A DNA stretch of 64,000 bases from Candidatus Omnitrophota bacterium (GCA_903843285.1 CAIMPC010000007.1:92730-156729); one strand, 5' to 3'; shown: positions 47,600 to 57,996, numbered from the stretch's first letter. Notes: generated by a model from the sequence alone, not told the origin. Made by a program: numbers and translations.

Positions 47600-49134
47600 A
47601 GGTGTCGCTTATAAATCTGAGGACCAGAAGCGACCACGCTTTTCTTAATCTCGGTGCTCTCTATGTTGCCTCTAGCATACGTAGTGCCGGGCATGAATTA
47701 GAATTTGTAGATCTCGTGCGGCATCCGATGGATGACGCTGAAGTCGCCGCTGTCATCAAGAGGATTGACCCAGATCTGATAGCTTTCAGTGGCATCATAA
47801 CGACATACTATAGGCTTAAAGGGCTGAGTCAATATCTGAGGCTAACTTTTCCTTCCATTCCACAGCTTTTAGGCGGGTCCGTGGGTCAGAGCGCTCTTGG
47901 GATCATAGAGTCATACACACCGATCGATTTTGTCTGTGCGGGTGAAGGTGAAGATATGGCGATAAAGTTTCTGGATGAGCTTAAAGGCGAAAGAAGATGG
48001 GCCGATGTGCCAAATCTCCATTACAGGGTTGAGGGATCGTTCAGGATGTCCCGGAAGCAAGGGGTATACGCTGAGGACCTAGATGCCTTACCGCTACCGG
48101 CTTATGACCTCGTTGATATGGATTTTTATATAGATTATGCTACGTCGATATTCGGAACTGAACTCGCCGACTGCGGAAAAGTGCCGCGGGTCATGCCGAT
48201 GGTATTTTCGAGAGGCTGCCCGTTCTCGTGCTCTTTCTGTTATAGACTGATACGCAGATGGCGGCATCATTCAGCGGAAAATATCGTCGCGCACTTAAAG
48301 GTTTTAAAGGATAGGTATGGTATAGGTGGCATAGCCCTGAACGACGAGCTGGTCTTTGTCGACAGGGGGTGGTTTGTTTCGGCGTGTGATGCGATTCTGG
48401 CGTCCGGGGTTGGAATAAAATTTTCATGCGGCGGTGGCAAGCCCAGCATGGTGACGGAAGATATTATGGCAGCTATGAAGCGAACAGGCTTCAGACGCAT
48501 CGGTTATGGAGTAGAATCCGGCAGTTCAAAGATACTCAAATTGATGCGTAAAGAGGTGACGGTGGAAGGCAATTTTAACGCACTTGCGTTGACGCTAAAG
48601 TATGGCATGATAAGTAGAGCAAACTTTGTATTCGGCCATCCCGGCGAAGATAAGAAGACAATTCGGGAGACATTGGATTTTATCGACGGTCTATATAAAT
48701 TACAGGAAAGATATGGGGTGATTGAAGACCATATCCAGGTATGGTTCGCTACTGCATATCCGGGGTCTCCGATGTGGGAGATGGCGCTGGCAAAAGGTAT
48801 TATACATGACGAGGAAAGCTATCTTATAAAGGTTACCAGTCAGGACAAATATCTGATAAATCTTTCTGAATTAAGATCCGTCAGCCAACTCAGGAACTAT
48901 GTTTACCGCGGGCTTACAGAGCTGGATATTAAGAAGCATGCACGAAGAAAACAGTATAGGCAGCTTGTAACCGACCTTAAGCGCCTCGCTTTGCTATATA
49001 TAGTGTACTTTATGACATTGGGCCGATTTGCCAAACTATCTGATCTGTTAGAGGCGACGCGCCTTATGCCTAGCAAGAATGTATTTGCGCATATCAAGCG
49101 CGCCAAAATGAGGTATCTATGGAACAGGGCCTAA
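47596..49134 (+). CDS. Cobalamin-binding radical SAM protein (6 of 8)
   Basis: LGG, GEGE, SRGCPFSCSFC, GVESGS, AYPGS. Confidence 0.9.
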   Translation: MKVSLINLRTRSDHAFLNLGALYVASSIRSAGHELEFVDLVRHPMDDAEVAAVIKRIDPDLIAFSGIITTYYRLKGLSQYLRLTFPSIPQLLGGSVGQSALGIIESYTPIDFVCAGEGEDMAIKFLDELKGERRWADVPNLHYRVEGSFRMSRKQGVYAEDLDALPLPAYDLVDMDFYIDYATSIFGTELADCGKVPRVMPMVFSRGCPFSCSFCYRLIRRWRHHSAENIVAHLKVLKDRYGIGGIALNDELVFVDRGWFVSACDAILASGVGIKFSCGGGKPSMVTEDIMAAMKRTGFRRIGYGVESGSSKILKLMRKEVTVEGNFNALALTLKYGMISRANFVFGHPGEDKKTIRETLDFIDGLYKLQERYGVIEDHIQVWFATAYPGSPMWEMALAKGIIHDEESYLIKVTSQDKYLINLSELRSVSQLRNYVYRGLTELDIKKHARRKQYRQLVTDLKRLALLYIVYFMTLGRFAKLSDLLEATRLMPSKNVFAHIKRAKMRYLWNRA

Positions 49135-50882
49135 AAACAAATGTATGGGAAAGCATGAGGCCTATACGAAATAATATGAATGTCGAGATACTAGACTGCA
49201 CGATACGGGATGGCGGGTATGTAAATAACTGGGATTTCGATAAGCGACTCGTGCGAGAAACCTATCGGGCGCTATCGAAAGGAGGGGTCGACTATATCGA
49301 GCTCGGCTATCATGGAAGCCAGAAATGGTTCGATAAGAAACAATATGGTGCCTTCAGGTTATCTCTCGCGGAGGACATACGATTTGTATGCAACAATATT
49401 GCGGGTGCAAAAGTTGCGGTGATGGTTGATTACGGCAAATTTGATGTAGAAGAGCTTGCTCAATATAAAGATACCCCAGTCCGGCTGATACGCATAGCCG
49501 TTCACAGGCATTCTATAAAAAAGGCGATCCATGCTGCTGCCGGAATACGACGAATGGGGTTTCTTGTTGCCGTTAACCTTATGGGATTTACGCTCTACAC
49601 GCCGAAAGAGCGAAAAAAGGTCGCGTTGCTATTTCGCGACGCGCCGATTGATTACGCTTATTTGGTTGACAGTCACGGATCCTTCTTCCCGAACCAGATA
49701 GGGGATATTTGCGGACCCCTTTTCGGCATAAGGCATATTCGATGGGGGTTCCATGCTCACAATAATCTTCAAATGGCTTTTGCCAATACTCTCAGCGCTA
49801 TGGCAGCCGGTGCCCATATAATTGATAGTTCGGTATTCGGTATGGGGCGAGGTGCCGGCAACCTGCCTACGGAGATCATCCTGGCATATATGCACCTTTT
49901 AAAGCCGGAGAAATATAACGCAATACCGGTTTTAAGCCTGGTCGATCGTTATTTTACAAAATTGTACGATGCGTCACCATGGGGGTATAACCTGCCCTTT
50001 ATGCTTTCGGGAATACATGATTGCCATCCAGATTATCCAAAAAACCTGATCAATAGAAAAGAATACGATATAGAAGATATATGGAAGATATTAAATGCCG
50101 TACGGTTAAGTGCGCCGGTCGGATTTAATAAGGAGCTCCTTGAAGGCATAATAAGAAATGGACTCTTTTCAAAAAAACCCGCCGCATCGGGAGTAGCTTC
50201 GAAAGCGAATACCAGTAAGCGCAAGAAGACCTCTGTCAGCTATCGTGGCAGGCACAGAAACGCCGATTTTCTTGTTCTTGCAAACGGCCCGAGCCTGAAA
50301 AGCAACCATAAGCAGTTAGCTGCTTTTATAAGCAAATATCAGCCGATCGTCCTGGCTTCAAATTATCTGGGAGGACTTTTTAAGCCCCACTATCATGCTT
50401 TTAGCAATAAACGAAGATTGATAGATTATATTGACACGGTCGATAAGAGTTCTCGGCTTCTTATAAGTCAGTTTATATCGCCTCAGATGATACGGGAATA
50501 CACTGACCGGGATCACGAAACCATTTATTATGAAAATACCGATGCGCAATTCACTATCAATGATGGCGTCATCAGCTCACATTGCAGAACCGTGGCGCTT
50601 TTATTGCTGGGCGTAGCTATTGTTATGGGCGCTAGGCGTATTTTTGTTGCAGGCTTGGATGGGTATACCGGCATAAATAAGAAGGGGCAGATTCATTTCT
50701 ATAATGAGAAGGATGAGACGGAAGATAGGAATGTGCTAATGGAAAAACATATGAGTAATTTACGCTACCTTGAACAGATAGATGAGTATATGTGCTCTCA
50801 CGGAAAAGAAGGTATCCATATTATAACGCCTACCAACTACACTAAGTATTATAAAGGCATTGAGAATTATATATCAAAATAA
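49119..50882 (+). CDS. DRE-TIM (HMGL-like) aldolase fused to a Maf/DUF115-like C-terminal domain
   Basis: LDCTIRDGGY, GFHAHNN, GMGRGAGNLPTE. C-terminal VLANGPSL...MGARRIFVAGLDGY. The true start may be 49155 or 49176. Confidence 0.8.
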   Translation: MEQGLKTNVWESMRPIRNNMNVEILDCTIRDGGYVNNWDFDKRLVRETYRALSKGGVDYIELGYHGSQKWFDKKQYGAFRLSLAEDIRFVCNNIAGAKVAVMVDYGKFDVEELAQYKDTPVRLIRIAVHRHSIKKAIHAAAGIRRMGFLVAVNLMGFTLYTPKERKKVALLFRDAPIDYAYLVDSHGSFFPNQIGDICGPLFGIRHIRWGFHAHNNLQMAFANTLSAMAAGAHIIDSSVFGMGRGAGNLPTEIILAYMHLLKPEKYNAIPVLSLVDRYFTKLYDASPWGYNLPFMLSGIHDCHPDYPKNLINRKEYDIEDIWKILNAVRLSAPVGFNKELLEGIIRNGLFSKKPAASGVASKANTSKRKKTSVSYRGRHRNADFLVLANGPSLKSNHKQLAAFISKYQPIVLASNYLGGLFKPHYHAFSNKRRLIDYIDTVDKSSRLLISQFISPQMIREYTDRDHETIYYENTDAQFTINDGVISSHCRTVALLLLGVAIVMGARRIFVAGLDGYTGINKKGQIHFYNEKDETEDRNVLMEKHMSNLRYLEQIDEYMCSHGKEGIHIITPTNYTKYYKGIENYISK

Positions 50883-50906
50883 GGTGTTATTTAACGGAGG
50901 TGTATT

Positions 50907-51638
50907 ATCAAAACGGTAGGAATCATTCCGGCTCGATATGAATCTTCAAGGTTTCCGGGCAAACCCATTATAGAACTCTGCGGTAAGCCAATGATAATCT
51001 GGGTGGCGGAAGTCACTGCTAAGGCTCTCGGAAAAGAAAACACCTATGTCGCTACCGATGACAAGCGTATATCGGACACGGTAAGAAGGAGCGGCTTTAA
51101 GTCCATTTTGACATCAGAGAAGGCAATGACCGGCACCGATCGAATAGCGGAGGCGGCGCGAACAATAGACGCCGATATTTATATTAATATTCAGGGTGAC
51201 GAACCTTTGCTTGATCCGGATGATATAAAAAAGGCAGTGGCCGCAAAGAAGAAATTTCCGAAAGCAGTCATTAACTGCATGTGCGTCCTTGGAAGTGACG
51301 AGGACCCATCCAATCCTAACATACCGAAGGTCATTACGACTGAAGATGAACGCCTTGTTTACATATCGCGTCTGCCGGTTCCGGGGTCGAAGTCTATAGA
51401 TAATTATCCTAAGACATTTTGGAGGCAAGTCTGCATTTATGCATTCTCGGGGGACGAGTTAAACGCGTTTAGCGGGTTTGGACGTAAGGGCAATCTGGAG
51501 CGCATTGAAGATATAGAAATATTGCGCTTCCTTGAATTGAGTATCCCAGTTCGAATGGTGAAAGTCACCAGCGGCTCAAAGGCAGTCGATGTGCCCGAGG
51601 ATGTCCGTGCGGTAGAGACTTTACTGAGGGCCAGATGA
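50907..51638 (+). CDS. kdsB: CMP-Kdo synthetase-like cytidylyltransferase (probable non-canonical start)
   Basis: In-frame IIPARYESSRFPGKP upstream of ATG 50991. TGTDR, NIQGDEP, LERIEDIEILRFLE, AVDVPED. Confidence 0.88.
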   Translation: MKTVGIIPARYESSRFPGKPIIELCGKPMIIWVAEVTAKALGKENTYVATDDKRISDTVRRSGFKSILTSEKAMTGTDRIAEAARTIDADIYINIQGDEPLLDPDDIKKAVAAKKKFPKAVINCMCVLGSDEDPSNPNIPKVITTEDERLVYISRLPVPGSKSIDNYPKTFWRQVCIYAFSGDELNAFSGFGRKGNLERIEDIEILRFLELSIPVRMVKVTSGSKAVDVPEDVRAVETLLRAR

Positions 51639-52312
51639 TCTCAATAAACAAATATAAGACTTGGATATTCGATTGCGATGGTGTTATTTTGGATTCCAAT
51701 GGTATTAAGACAGAAGCATTTTATGAAGTGGCGCTACCGTATGGAAAGGATAACGCCGCAGCTCTGGTGAAGTACCACAAAGAATACGGCGGGATGTCGC
51801 GTTTTAGAAAATTCGATTATTTCTTTAAGGATATCCTAAAGATGAAAGTTTTTGACAATGAATTTGCGCGAGCGTTGGAAAAATATGGATCGCTTGTCAG
51901 CAAGAAGATGATAGGATGTCCGGAATCACAGGGTTTAAGATCGTTCTTGGGCCTGATACCGGAAAAAATCCGCAAGATAGTCGTCTCGGGAGGCATGGAA
52001 AATGAACTACGGGATATTTTTGCAAAGCGTGGACTCAGCGTATATTTTAATGATATATATGGCAGCCCAGATGCTAAAGAGGTAATACTGAAGAGGGAGC
52101 AAAAGGCGGGCATGATAGCATCGCCCTCGATATTTATTGGTGACACGCAATATGATCACGAGTGCGCGCAAAAGATAGGCGCAGATTTTATATTCATGTC
52201 CGGGTATACTGAATTTGATGGATGGAAGCATTATTGCGATGTAAAAAATGTTATTGTTGTCCAGGATTTAACATATCTCAAAGCTCGTTTGGATGGTGGA
52301 AAGAACTCATGA
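51635..52312 (+). CDS. HAD-family phosphatase
   Basis: FDCDGVILDS, VSG, IGDT.YD. Confidence 0.88.
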   Translation: MISINKYKTWIFDCDGVILDSNGIKTEAFYEVALPYGKDNAAALVKYHKEYGGMSRFRKFDYFFKDILKMKVFDNEFARALEKYGSLVSKKMIGCPESQGLRSFLGLIPEKIRKIVVSGGMENELRDIFAKRGLSVYFNDIYGSPDAKEVILKREQKAGMIASPSIFIGDTQYDHECAQKIGADFIFMSGYTEFDGWKHYCDVKNVIVVQDLTYLKARLDGGKNS

Positions 52313-53838
52313 GCGATGAAGCAGACAGTCTTATGAGGATATTTGATGCGATAGCTAAAGTGAATAAGGAAGCTTATAGGGACGTGTTCATGATATCCAA
52401 CTCAGTGTTGAATAAAAACCCTTTCAATAATAATTTATTTAAAAGGTATTCACGCAAAGAAGCTATCGGCAAGTATCCGTTTTGCGCTAAGGTATATAAG
52501 CTTTTGCTGTATTATATTAAGAGCACGCTGTATTTTGGAATGTATCTCATCAGGTTTTTTGAGTTCGTTGTATCGGGGTTTAAGTTCGATTTATCAAGCG
52601 GCGGCAAAGAACTCGTGCTTATAGACGTTCCGTTTTTGCTGGAGGATATTGCGAAGTCATCAGCTTTTCGTGATCGGTACCTTCCAGGCCTGGAGGATAT
52701 TCTGAAGAAGAGAGGGAGGCAATACGCCTATCTGCCGCTATTTTACAGCCAGCAGAATCACAAGAGGCCGTTAGAGCTTCTGCGCGCCCTAAGAATATTG
52801 AAGAGATTTAAGATACCGCTAATAACCGAATATCAGATGTTCAGCTTGAGCGATATTTTCAAGCTCATTTTCTTTATATTGACCTACCCGTTTCACGTGA
52901 TAAGGTGTGCAGACAAGATACAGGATGATACAGAAGAAGGAAAGGCCGTAAAATATGAATTGATGGATACTCTTGACCAGGCGACTTTTTATAATTATTC
53001 ACGCCTTCTCTTAGGAAGGCGGATAGCGCGGATGCGTTACGCAGGCATAAAAGTTATAAGCTGGTATGAGAACCGTCCAACCGATAAAAATCTTTACAAA
53101 GGATTAAGGGATGGTTCGCACTCGGCGCATATCAGAATCTACGGCGCACAGCTATTTCTCTATTCAAAAAAAACGCCCTGTTTCGTCCCTCATGAAGATG
53201 AGCTCGATTTTGGGGTTTTGCCGGATAAGATACTGGCTAATGGGCCGTATTATATTCAGAATGGGACACGCCTCAATCACGTTGTAGGGCCTTCGCTCAG
53301 ATACGCAGGCATTTTCGCAATGGATGTAAATCAAACCGACCGTACCAATATCCTGATCTTATTGCCATATTTTATTAAAGACGCGGAGAAAATATTAAAG
53401 ACGCTAGCAAGCGCGGCGATGTCTCGAAGAAAGTTTTTTATTAAAGCGCATCCGGCTACACCGCTTTCAAGGTTTAAGGGTCTTCTGCCTGCGAGTGCGA
53501 TGATAGTGAGAGATGATATATTCAAACTTTTTAGGACGACTAAGATACTTATCGGTGCTGCGAGCGGTACTATGATAGAAGCTGCGAGCGTGGGTATTCC
53601 GGTCATTGCTATTAAAAGCCATGATGGACTGGATATTAATAATCCTATGCCGGAATACGGCCGGGGAATAATATGGGATTATGCGCTTGACGCCGTAAGC
53701 CTGAATGAACAGATAAAAGCATTCGAGGAGAAGCTTGCTACGAGAGCTGTGATAATAAGGGATGTAGCAGCAAAATATAAAGATATGTTCTTTTCCCGGC
53801 CTACGGAAAGTGCGATCGTCGATGCGTTCGAGCTTTAA
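52309..53838 (+). CDS. Hypothetical surface-carbohydrate protein, candidate GT-B transferase
   Basis: WYEN, YGAQ, GPSLRY, IKAHP, SGTMIEAASVGIPVI. ATGA overlap with the HAD gene. Confidence 0.55.
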   Translation: MSDEADSLMRIFDAIAKVNKEAYRDVFMISNSVLNKNPFNNNLFKRYSRKEAIGKYPFCAKVYKLLLYYIKSTLYFGMYLIRFFEFVVSGFKFDLSSGGKELVLIDVPFLLEDIAKSSAFRDRYLPGLEDILKKRGRQYAYLPLFYSQQNHKRPLELLRALRILKRFKIPLITEYQMFSLSDIFKLIFFILTYPFHVIRCADKIQDDTEEGKAVKYELMDTLDQATFYNYSRLLLGRRIARMRYAGIKVISWYENRPTDKNLYKGLRDGSHSAHIRIYGAQLFLYSKKTPCFVPHEDELDFGVLPDKILANGPYYIQNGTRLNHVVGPSLRYAGIFAMDVNQTDRTNILILLPYFIKDAEKILKTLASAAMSRRKFFIKAHPATPLSRFKGLLPASAMIVRDDIFKLFRTTKILIGAASGTMIEAASVGIPVIAIKSHDGLDINNPMPEYGRGIIWDYALDAVSLNEQIKAFEEKLATRAVIIRDVAAKYKDMFFSRPTESAIVDAFEL

Positions 53839-53865
53839 ATAGATGCAATATAAAAGGATAGTGTC

Positions 53866-54801
53866 TTGGAATCGATAAACCCGAAAGATCCGGTTCGCTC
53901 GGAATTTAGCGTAGTCATAACGGTCTATAATAAGGAAAAGTATATAGCCCGCGTGATAGAGTCTGTGCTAAGCCAGACCTTTCAGGACTTTGAAGTGATA
54001 GTGGTGGATGATGGATCTACGGACGGTAGCAGAGACGCCATTCTGTCATTCGATGACAGCCGTATAAAGTACGTGCACCAGGATAATAGCGGCCTTCCCG
54101 CAGCGGCGAGGAATAAAGGCATGGATCTTTCGCGAGGCAGATATATCGCACTTCTTGACGGAGACGATTATTGGCATAAAGATAAGCTGATGAGATGTAA
54201 AGAGGTGCTGGACAAGATGCCGGAGGTCAGCCTGGTGAGCCATAATATAGCTTTTATGTACAAAGGCAAGGCCCTGAGGATAGTTAAGTTCGGGCCGTAC
54301 GTAAAGCGTATGTACGATAAGTTATTATTTGAAGGTAATTGCCTCGGCCCTTCGGCTGTTGTTATACGAAGAGAAGTCTTCTTTGATGACGGCTTCAGGT
54401 TCAATGAGGATAAGTCGCTCTTTGCGCTGGAGGATTATGAGTACTGGATGCAGCTATCGCGCAAACACCGGTTTTATTTCATTCCCGACGTGCTCGGATA
54501 TTACACAGCTACGGACTGCGGAGCATTTTCTAAAGATACCGATGGAAATGCCATGAATTTGCTCCTGCTTCTGGACACTCATTTCGCAAAGCTGGATACG
54601 ACGGGCAAGAATATACGGAAGATATGGATGCGGCGCAGAGCTTCTGCGATGTGCGGGGCCGGCAGGATGTACAATCATCTGCATAAATTTGAGGATAGTA
54701 GAGAGTGGTATTTAAAGGCGCTCAGCGAGTATCCGTTTAGCTTTAAGGCGTTTATCGGGCTCGTGATGTCTGTACTAAGGGTCAGCGTAGTCTATAAATA
54801 G
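53866..54801 (+). CDS. GT2 glycosyltransferase
   Basis: SVVITVYN, VVDDGSTD, ARNKG, LLDGDD, EDYEYW. TTG start. Confidence 0.9.
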   Translation: MESINPKDPVRSEFSVVITVYNKEKYIARVIESVLSQTFQDFEVIVVDDGSTDGSRDAILSFDDSRIKYVHQDNSGLPAAARNKGMDLSRGRYIALLDGDDYWHKDKLMRCKEVLDKMPEVSLVSHNIAFMYKGKALRIVKFGPYVKRMYDKLLFEGNCLGPSAVVIRREVFFDDGFRFNEDKSLFALEDYEYWMQLSRKHRFYFIPDVLGYYTATDCGAFSKDTDGNAMNLLLLLDTHFAKLDTTGKNIRKIWMRRRASAMCGAGRMYNHLHKFEDSREWYLKALSEYPFSFKAFIGLVMSVLRVSVVYK

Positions 54802-54823
54802 CGTCAGGAGAAATTCTTGCAAT

Positions 54824-56320
54824 ATGAAAAAAAATACGATTGCGCTTTTCTATCCTAAGACGGAAAAAGAGAGCGTTAATAAGAACTTACCATTTGCCAT
54901 ACTGAAGCTGGGATCCGAGCTTAAGGGTGAGGGGTATGACCTTGCTATCATAGATGAGAGATTTGAAGAGCAGTATCAACACCGTCTATCTGAAGTTCTA
55001 GATAAAGCAATCTGTTTCGGCGTCAGCGTTATGACCGGATATCAGATACAGAGCGGCCTGTCGGCATCTGAATTTGTCAGGAAGATCAACAAGAATGTGC
55101 CGATAGTGTGGGGCGGCTGGCACCCGTCGATATTACCGCGGGAAACACTGGAAAATGCTAACATCGATATTGTGGTCATGGGGCAGGGGGAGAGGACCCT
55201 ATGCGAATTGGCCGGTACCCTAAAAAAGGGAGGGCCGCTCGAAGGGATCGACGGGCTTTCATACAAGAAGGGCGGAAGCATAGTCATTAATAAACGGCGG
55301 GAACCGCAGGACGTTAATACTCTCCATCCCTTAAGGTTCGATGTCCTCGATATAGAGAGATACATTTTCCGAAGCGCTCTTGGCAATCGATCGATCTTCT
55401 GGAATTCTTCTCAGGGATGCCCTTACGGATGCGGCTTCTGCAGTACGCCAGCTGTGTACCACAGGCGATGGACCGGACTAAAGGCGGAAACCCTTATAGG
55501 CCAGCTCTCGACCCTAGTCGATAAATACAAGATAGACAGCGTTACGTTTGCAGAGGATAATTTTTTCGTAGATATCAAAAGGGTCGAAACGTTATGCGAA
55601 CTCCTGATAATAAATAAGATAAAGCTTAAGTGGGCCTCCGACGTCCGTGTCGATAAGATCATACATTTTTCGGACGATATGATGCGTCTATTAAAAGAGA
55701 GCGGTTGCGTTAAATTATACGTAGGTGCGGAGTCGGGTGACCAGGATGTCCTTACCCTGATAAATAAGATGATAAGAGTGGAAGATACTTATAAGGCCGC
55801 TGAGATGCTGGATAAGTATAAGATCATATCGGAGTTCTTCGTTATAGTCGGGTTCCCGAACGCCCCGAAGAAGGATTTAGCGAAAACGCTCGAGCTTATA
55901 AAAGGCATTAAATCCCGTTATCCTGATCATCAGTTTTCGACATATATTTATACTCCGTATCCCGGGACACCGCTCCTGGGTTTGGCCGTGGAACACGGCC
56001 TTAAGATACCTGACAAATTGGAAGATTGGGTACGATGGAATATACTCTCCATTAATACACCATGGGTAGATGAGAAATATCTCGATACCGTTAATATGTA
56101 TTCCAAGTGTTATTACCCGCTTGCGTTTCCGTCCCCGGCTTTAAAGAAAAAATTTAATGAGAATTTATTAGGGCTGGTGTATCTTATATTGCATAAACTA
56201 TCGCTTTTCAGGGTGAATAATAATTTCTTTATTTTCCCCGTAGAATGGAAGCTCGTTAAAGCGTTTAACGGGATTAGAACCAGATATGGCATATTCAAGG
56301 AGATGGAATCTTTCAGGTAG
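54824..56320 (+). CDS. Cobalamin-binding radical SAM protein (7 of 8)
   Basis: WGGWHPS, GQGE, SQGCPYGCGFC, GAESG, TPYPGT. Confidence 0.92.
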   Translation: MKKNTIALFYPKTEKESVNKNLPFAILKLGSELKGEGYDLAIIDERFEEQYQHRLSEVLDKAICFGVSVMTGYQIQSGLSASEFVRKINKNVPIVWGGWHPSILPRETLENANIDIVVMGQGERTLCELAGTLKKGGPLEGIDGLSYKKGGSIVINKRREPQDVNTLHPLRFDVLDIERYIFRSALGNRSIFWNSSQGCPYGCGFCSTPAVYHRRWTGLKAETLIGQLSTLVDKYKIDSVTFAEDNFFVDIKRVETLCELLIINKIKLKWASDVRVDKIIHFSDDMMRLLKESGCVKLYVGAESGDQDVLTLINKMIRVEDTYKAAEMLDKYKIISEFFVIVGFPNAPKKDLAKTLELIKGIKSRYPDHQFSTYIYTPYPGTPLLGLAVEHGLKIPDKLEDWVRWNILSINTPWVDEKYLDTVNMYSKCYYPLAFPSPALKKKFNENLLGLVYLILHKLSLFRVNNNFFIFPVEWKLVKAFNGIRTRYGIFKEMESFR

Positions 56321-56356
56321 TTTTATTTAATTAAACATATTATCAGGAGAAAGACG

Positions 56357-57106
56357 ATGGATAAGAAGCAGGAGATAAAAGATCTTTACGATGGGTATGC
56401 AGAATATAGATATAATGATGCAACAAATATCAAGGATATCCATACAGATATCTCTCCCGTAATGAGGTACTATCGCAGCAGAAAAGTCGAGACTGCGCTC
56501 GGCATGGGAAAGTTTGCCAGCGGAGCTAATCTTCTGGAAGTTGGCTCAAATGCCGGTCAATATACCACCATTTTAGTTGAAAAAGGTTTTGCAATGACCG
56601 GGATCGACCTTTCCGACAAGGCGTTGGTAGTGGCCAGAAGAAACGCCGAGCTTTCGAATCTTAAGAATGTCGAATATTTCACCTCTGATGCCGAAGATAT
56701 GAGTCTGTTTAAGGACAATACCTTTGATGGTGTCGTGTCATTTTCAACATTACGCTACGTCCCCGATTTGAAGAAAGCGCTAGGCGAGATATACAGGGTC
56801 ACTAAGAAAGGCGGAACGGTAGCACTGGATTTCCCTAACAAGCACTGTCCCTGGTTTAACATCCTGAAGAATAAATTCGGAGTGAACAACCATATCTACG
56901 ATAACTTCTATTCAGCAGGGGAGCTGCGCAGATTATTTGCCGCCGTTGGCTTTACTGTCATTGAGACTCGGAATATATTGTATACCCATTACAAATTCAG
57001 CCCAAGATTACTTGCGACATTCAAAGCCATCGATTTCGTCGGTGAGCGCACTCCCGTGCTCAAAGAACTCGCTGCCATTATTTTCTGTAAAGGCGTAAAA
57101 TCTTGA
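56357..57106 (+). CDS. Class I SAM-dependent methyltransferase
   Basis: LLEVGSNAG, GIDLS, DAE, FDGV, RVTKKGG. Confidence 0.88.
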   Translation: MDKKQEIKDLYDGYAEYRYNDATNIKDIHTDISPVMRYYRSRKVETALGMGKFASGANLLEVGSNAGQYTTILVEKGFAMTGIDLSDKALVVARRNAELSNLKNVEYFTSDAEDMSLFKDNTFDGVVSFSTLRYVPDLKKALGEIYRVTKKGGTVALDFPNKHCPWFNILKNKFGVNNHIYDNFYSAGELRRLFAAVGFTVIETRNILYTHYKFSPRLLATFKAIDFVGERTPVLKELAAIIFCKGVKS

Positions 57107-57996
57107 CATTGCCCGTTCGGGTATTGATAACGTTTGATATCCACGCAGCAGCAGGTGCTGTCGCTGACGTGCGGCTCTGGGTCAGAGAAACCCTGTATTT
57201 CCTTGAATCACTTTCTATAAAAGCCACATTCTTTATCCCGGCTGTCTTTGCCGAGCAGATACCCGAAGAGGTGCGGATGATAGTAGGGAGGGGCCATGAG
57301 GTAGGATGCCACGGCATGACCCACGGGCCCGATGAAGAGTATAATTTGCTACCCTATGAGAGACAAAAGGCCTTTCTTAGCGAAGCGAAAAGTAGGATAG
57401 AAGCAGTGACAGGCCAGGAGATTGTATCTTTCAGGGCACCGGCGTTCAAGCTTAATGGTGACACGATAATGGCGCTGGAGAATACGGGTTTTAAGGCGGA
57501 TCTATCGGTCACGTCCCAAAGGCTCGGCATATTGAGCTCAGAGGTTTCGAATTTAGGGTGGCTATATTCACCCAGGAGTCCCTATCATCCGGATCATCGT
57601 AACCCATTTAAAAAAGGAGAGTCAACTCTTTGGGAGATACCGCAGTCCTCCCTTATTCTTCTCTTCTCATCAAACCTTATAATGGCTTTCGGTGGATTCT
57701 TTATTAAATTATTCTTCAAACTTCTTTTGGCTGAATCGCGCCTTAGAAAGAACCCGATCGTTTATATGACGCATCCGGAAGAGATCTATCCTCGCGATAA
57801 GAAATATGCATACAAATTCCAATGGAGGCATTTATTACCCTCTAAGAAAGACGGGTTTATATTGAGATATATATTTCTCCATAATAAGGACGCCAAGAAA
57901 ATATCTCAGCATAATGTCAGTTTAATAAAGTTTATAAAAGCTTCAAAAAACGTGAATTTCGTAACTGCGAAAGAAATGGTAGAAATACTGAAATAA
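57103..57996 (+). CDS. Polysaccharide deacetylase family protein
   Basis: ITFD, KATFF, HEVGCHGMTH, FRAPAF, HPEE. TTG start. Confidence 0.85.
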   Translation: MTLPVRVLITFDIHAAAGAVADVRLWVRETLYFLESLSIKATFFIPAVFAEQIPEEVRMIVGRGHEVGCHGMTHGPDEEYNLLPYERQKAFLSEAKSRIEAVTGQEIVSFRAPAFKLNGDTIMALENTGFKADLSVTSQRLGILSSEVSNLGWLYSPRSPYHPDHRNPFKKGESTLWEIPQSSLILLFSSNLIMAFGGFFIKLFFKLLLAESRLRKNPIVYMTHPEEIYPRDKKYAYKFQWRHLLPSKKDGFILRYIFLHNKDAKKISQHNVSLIKFIKASKNVNFVTAKEMVEILK

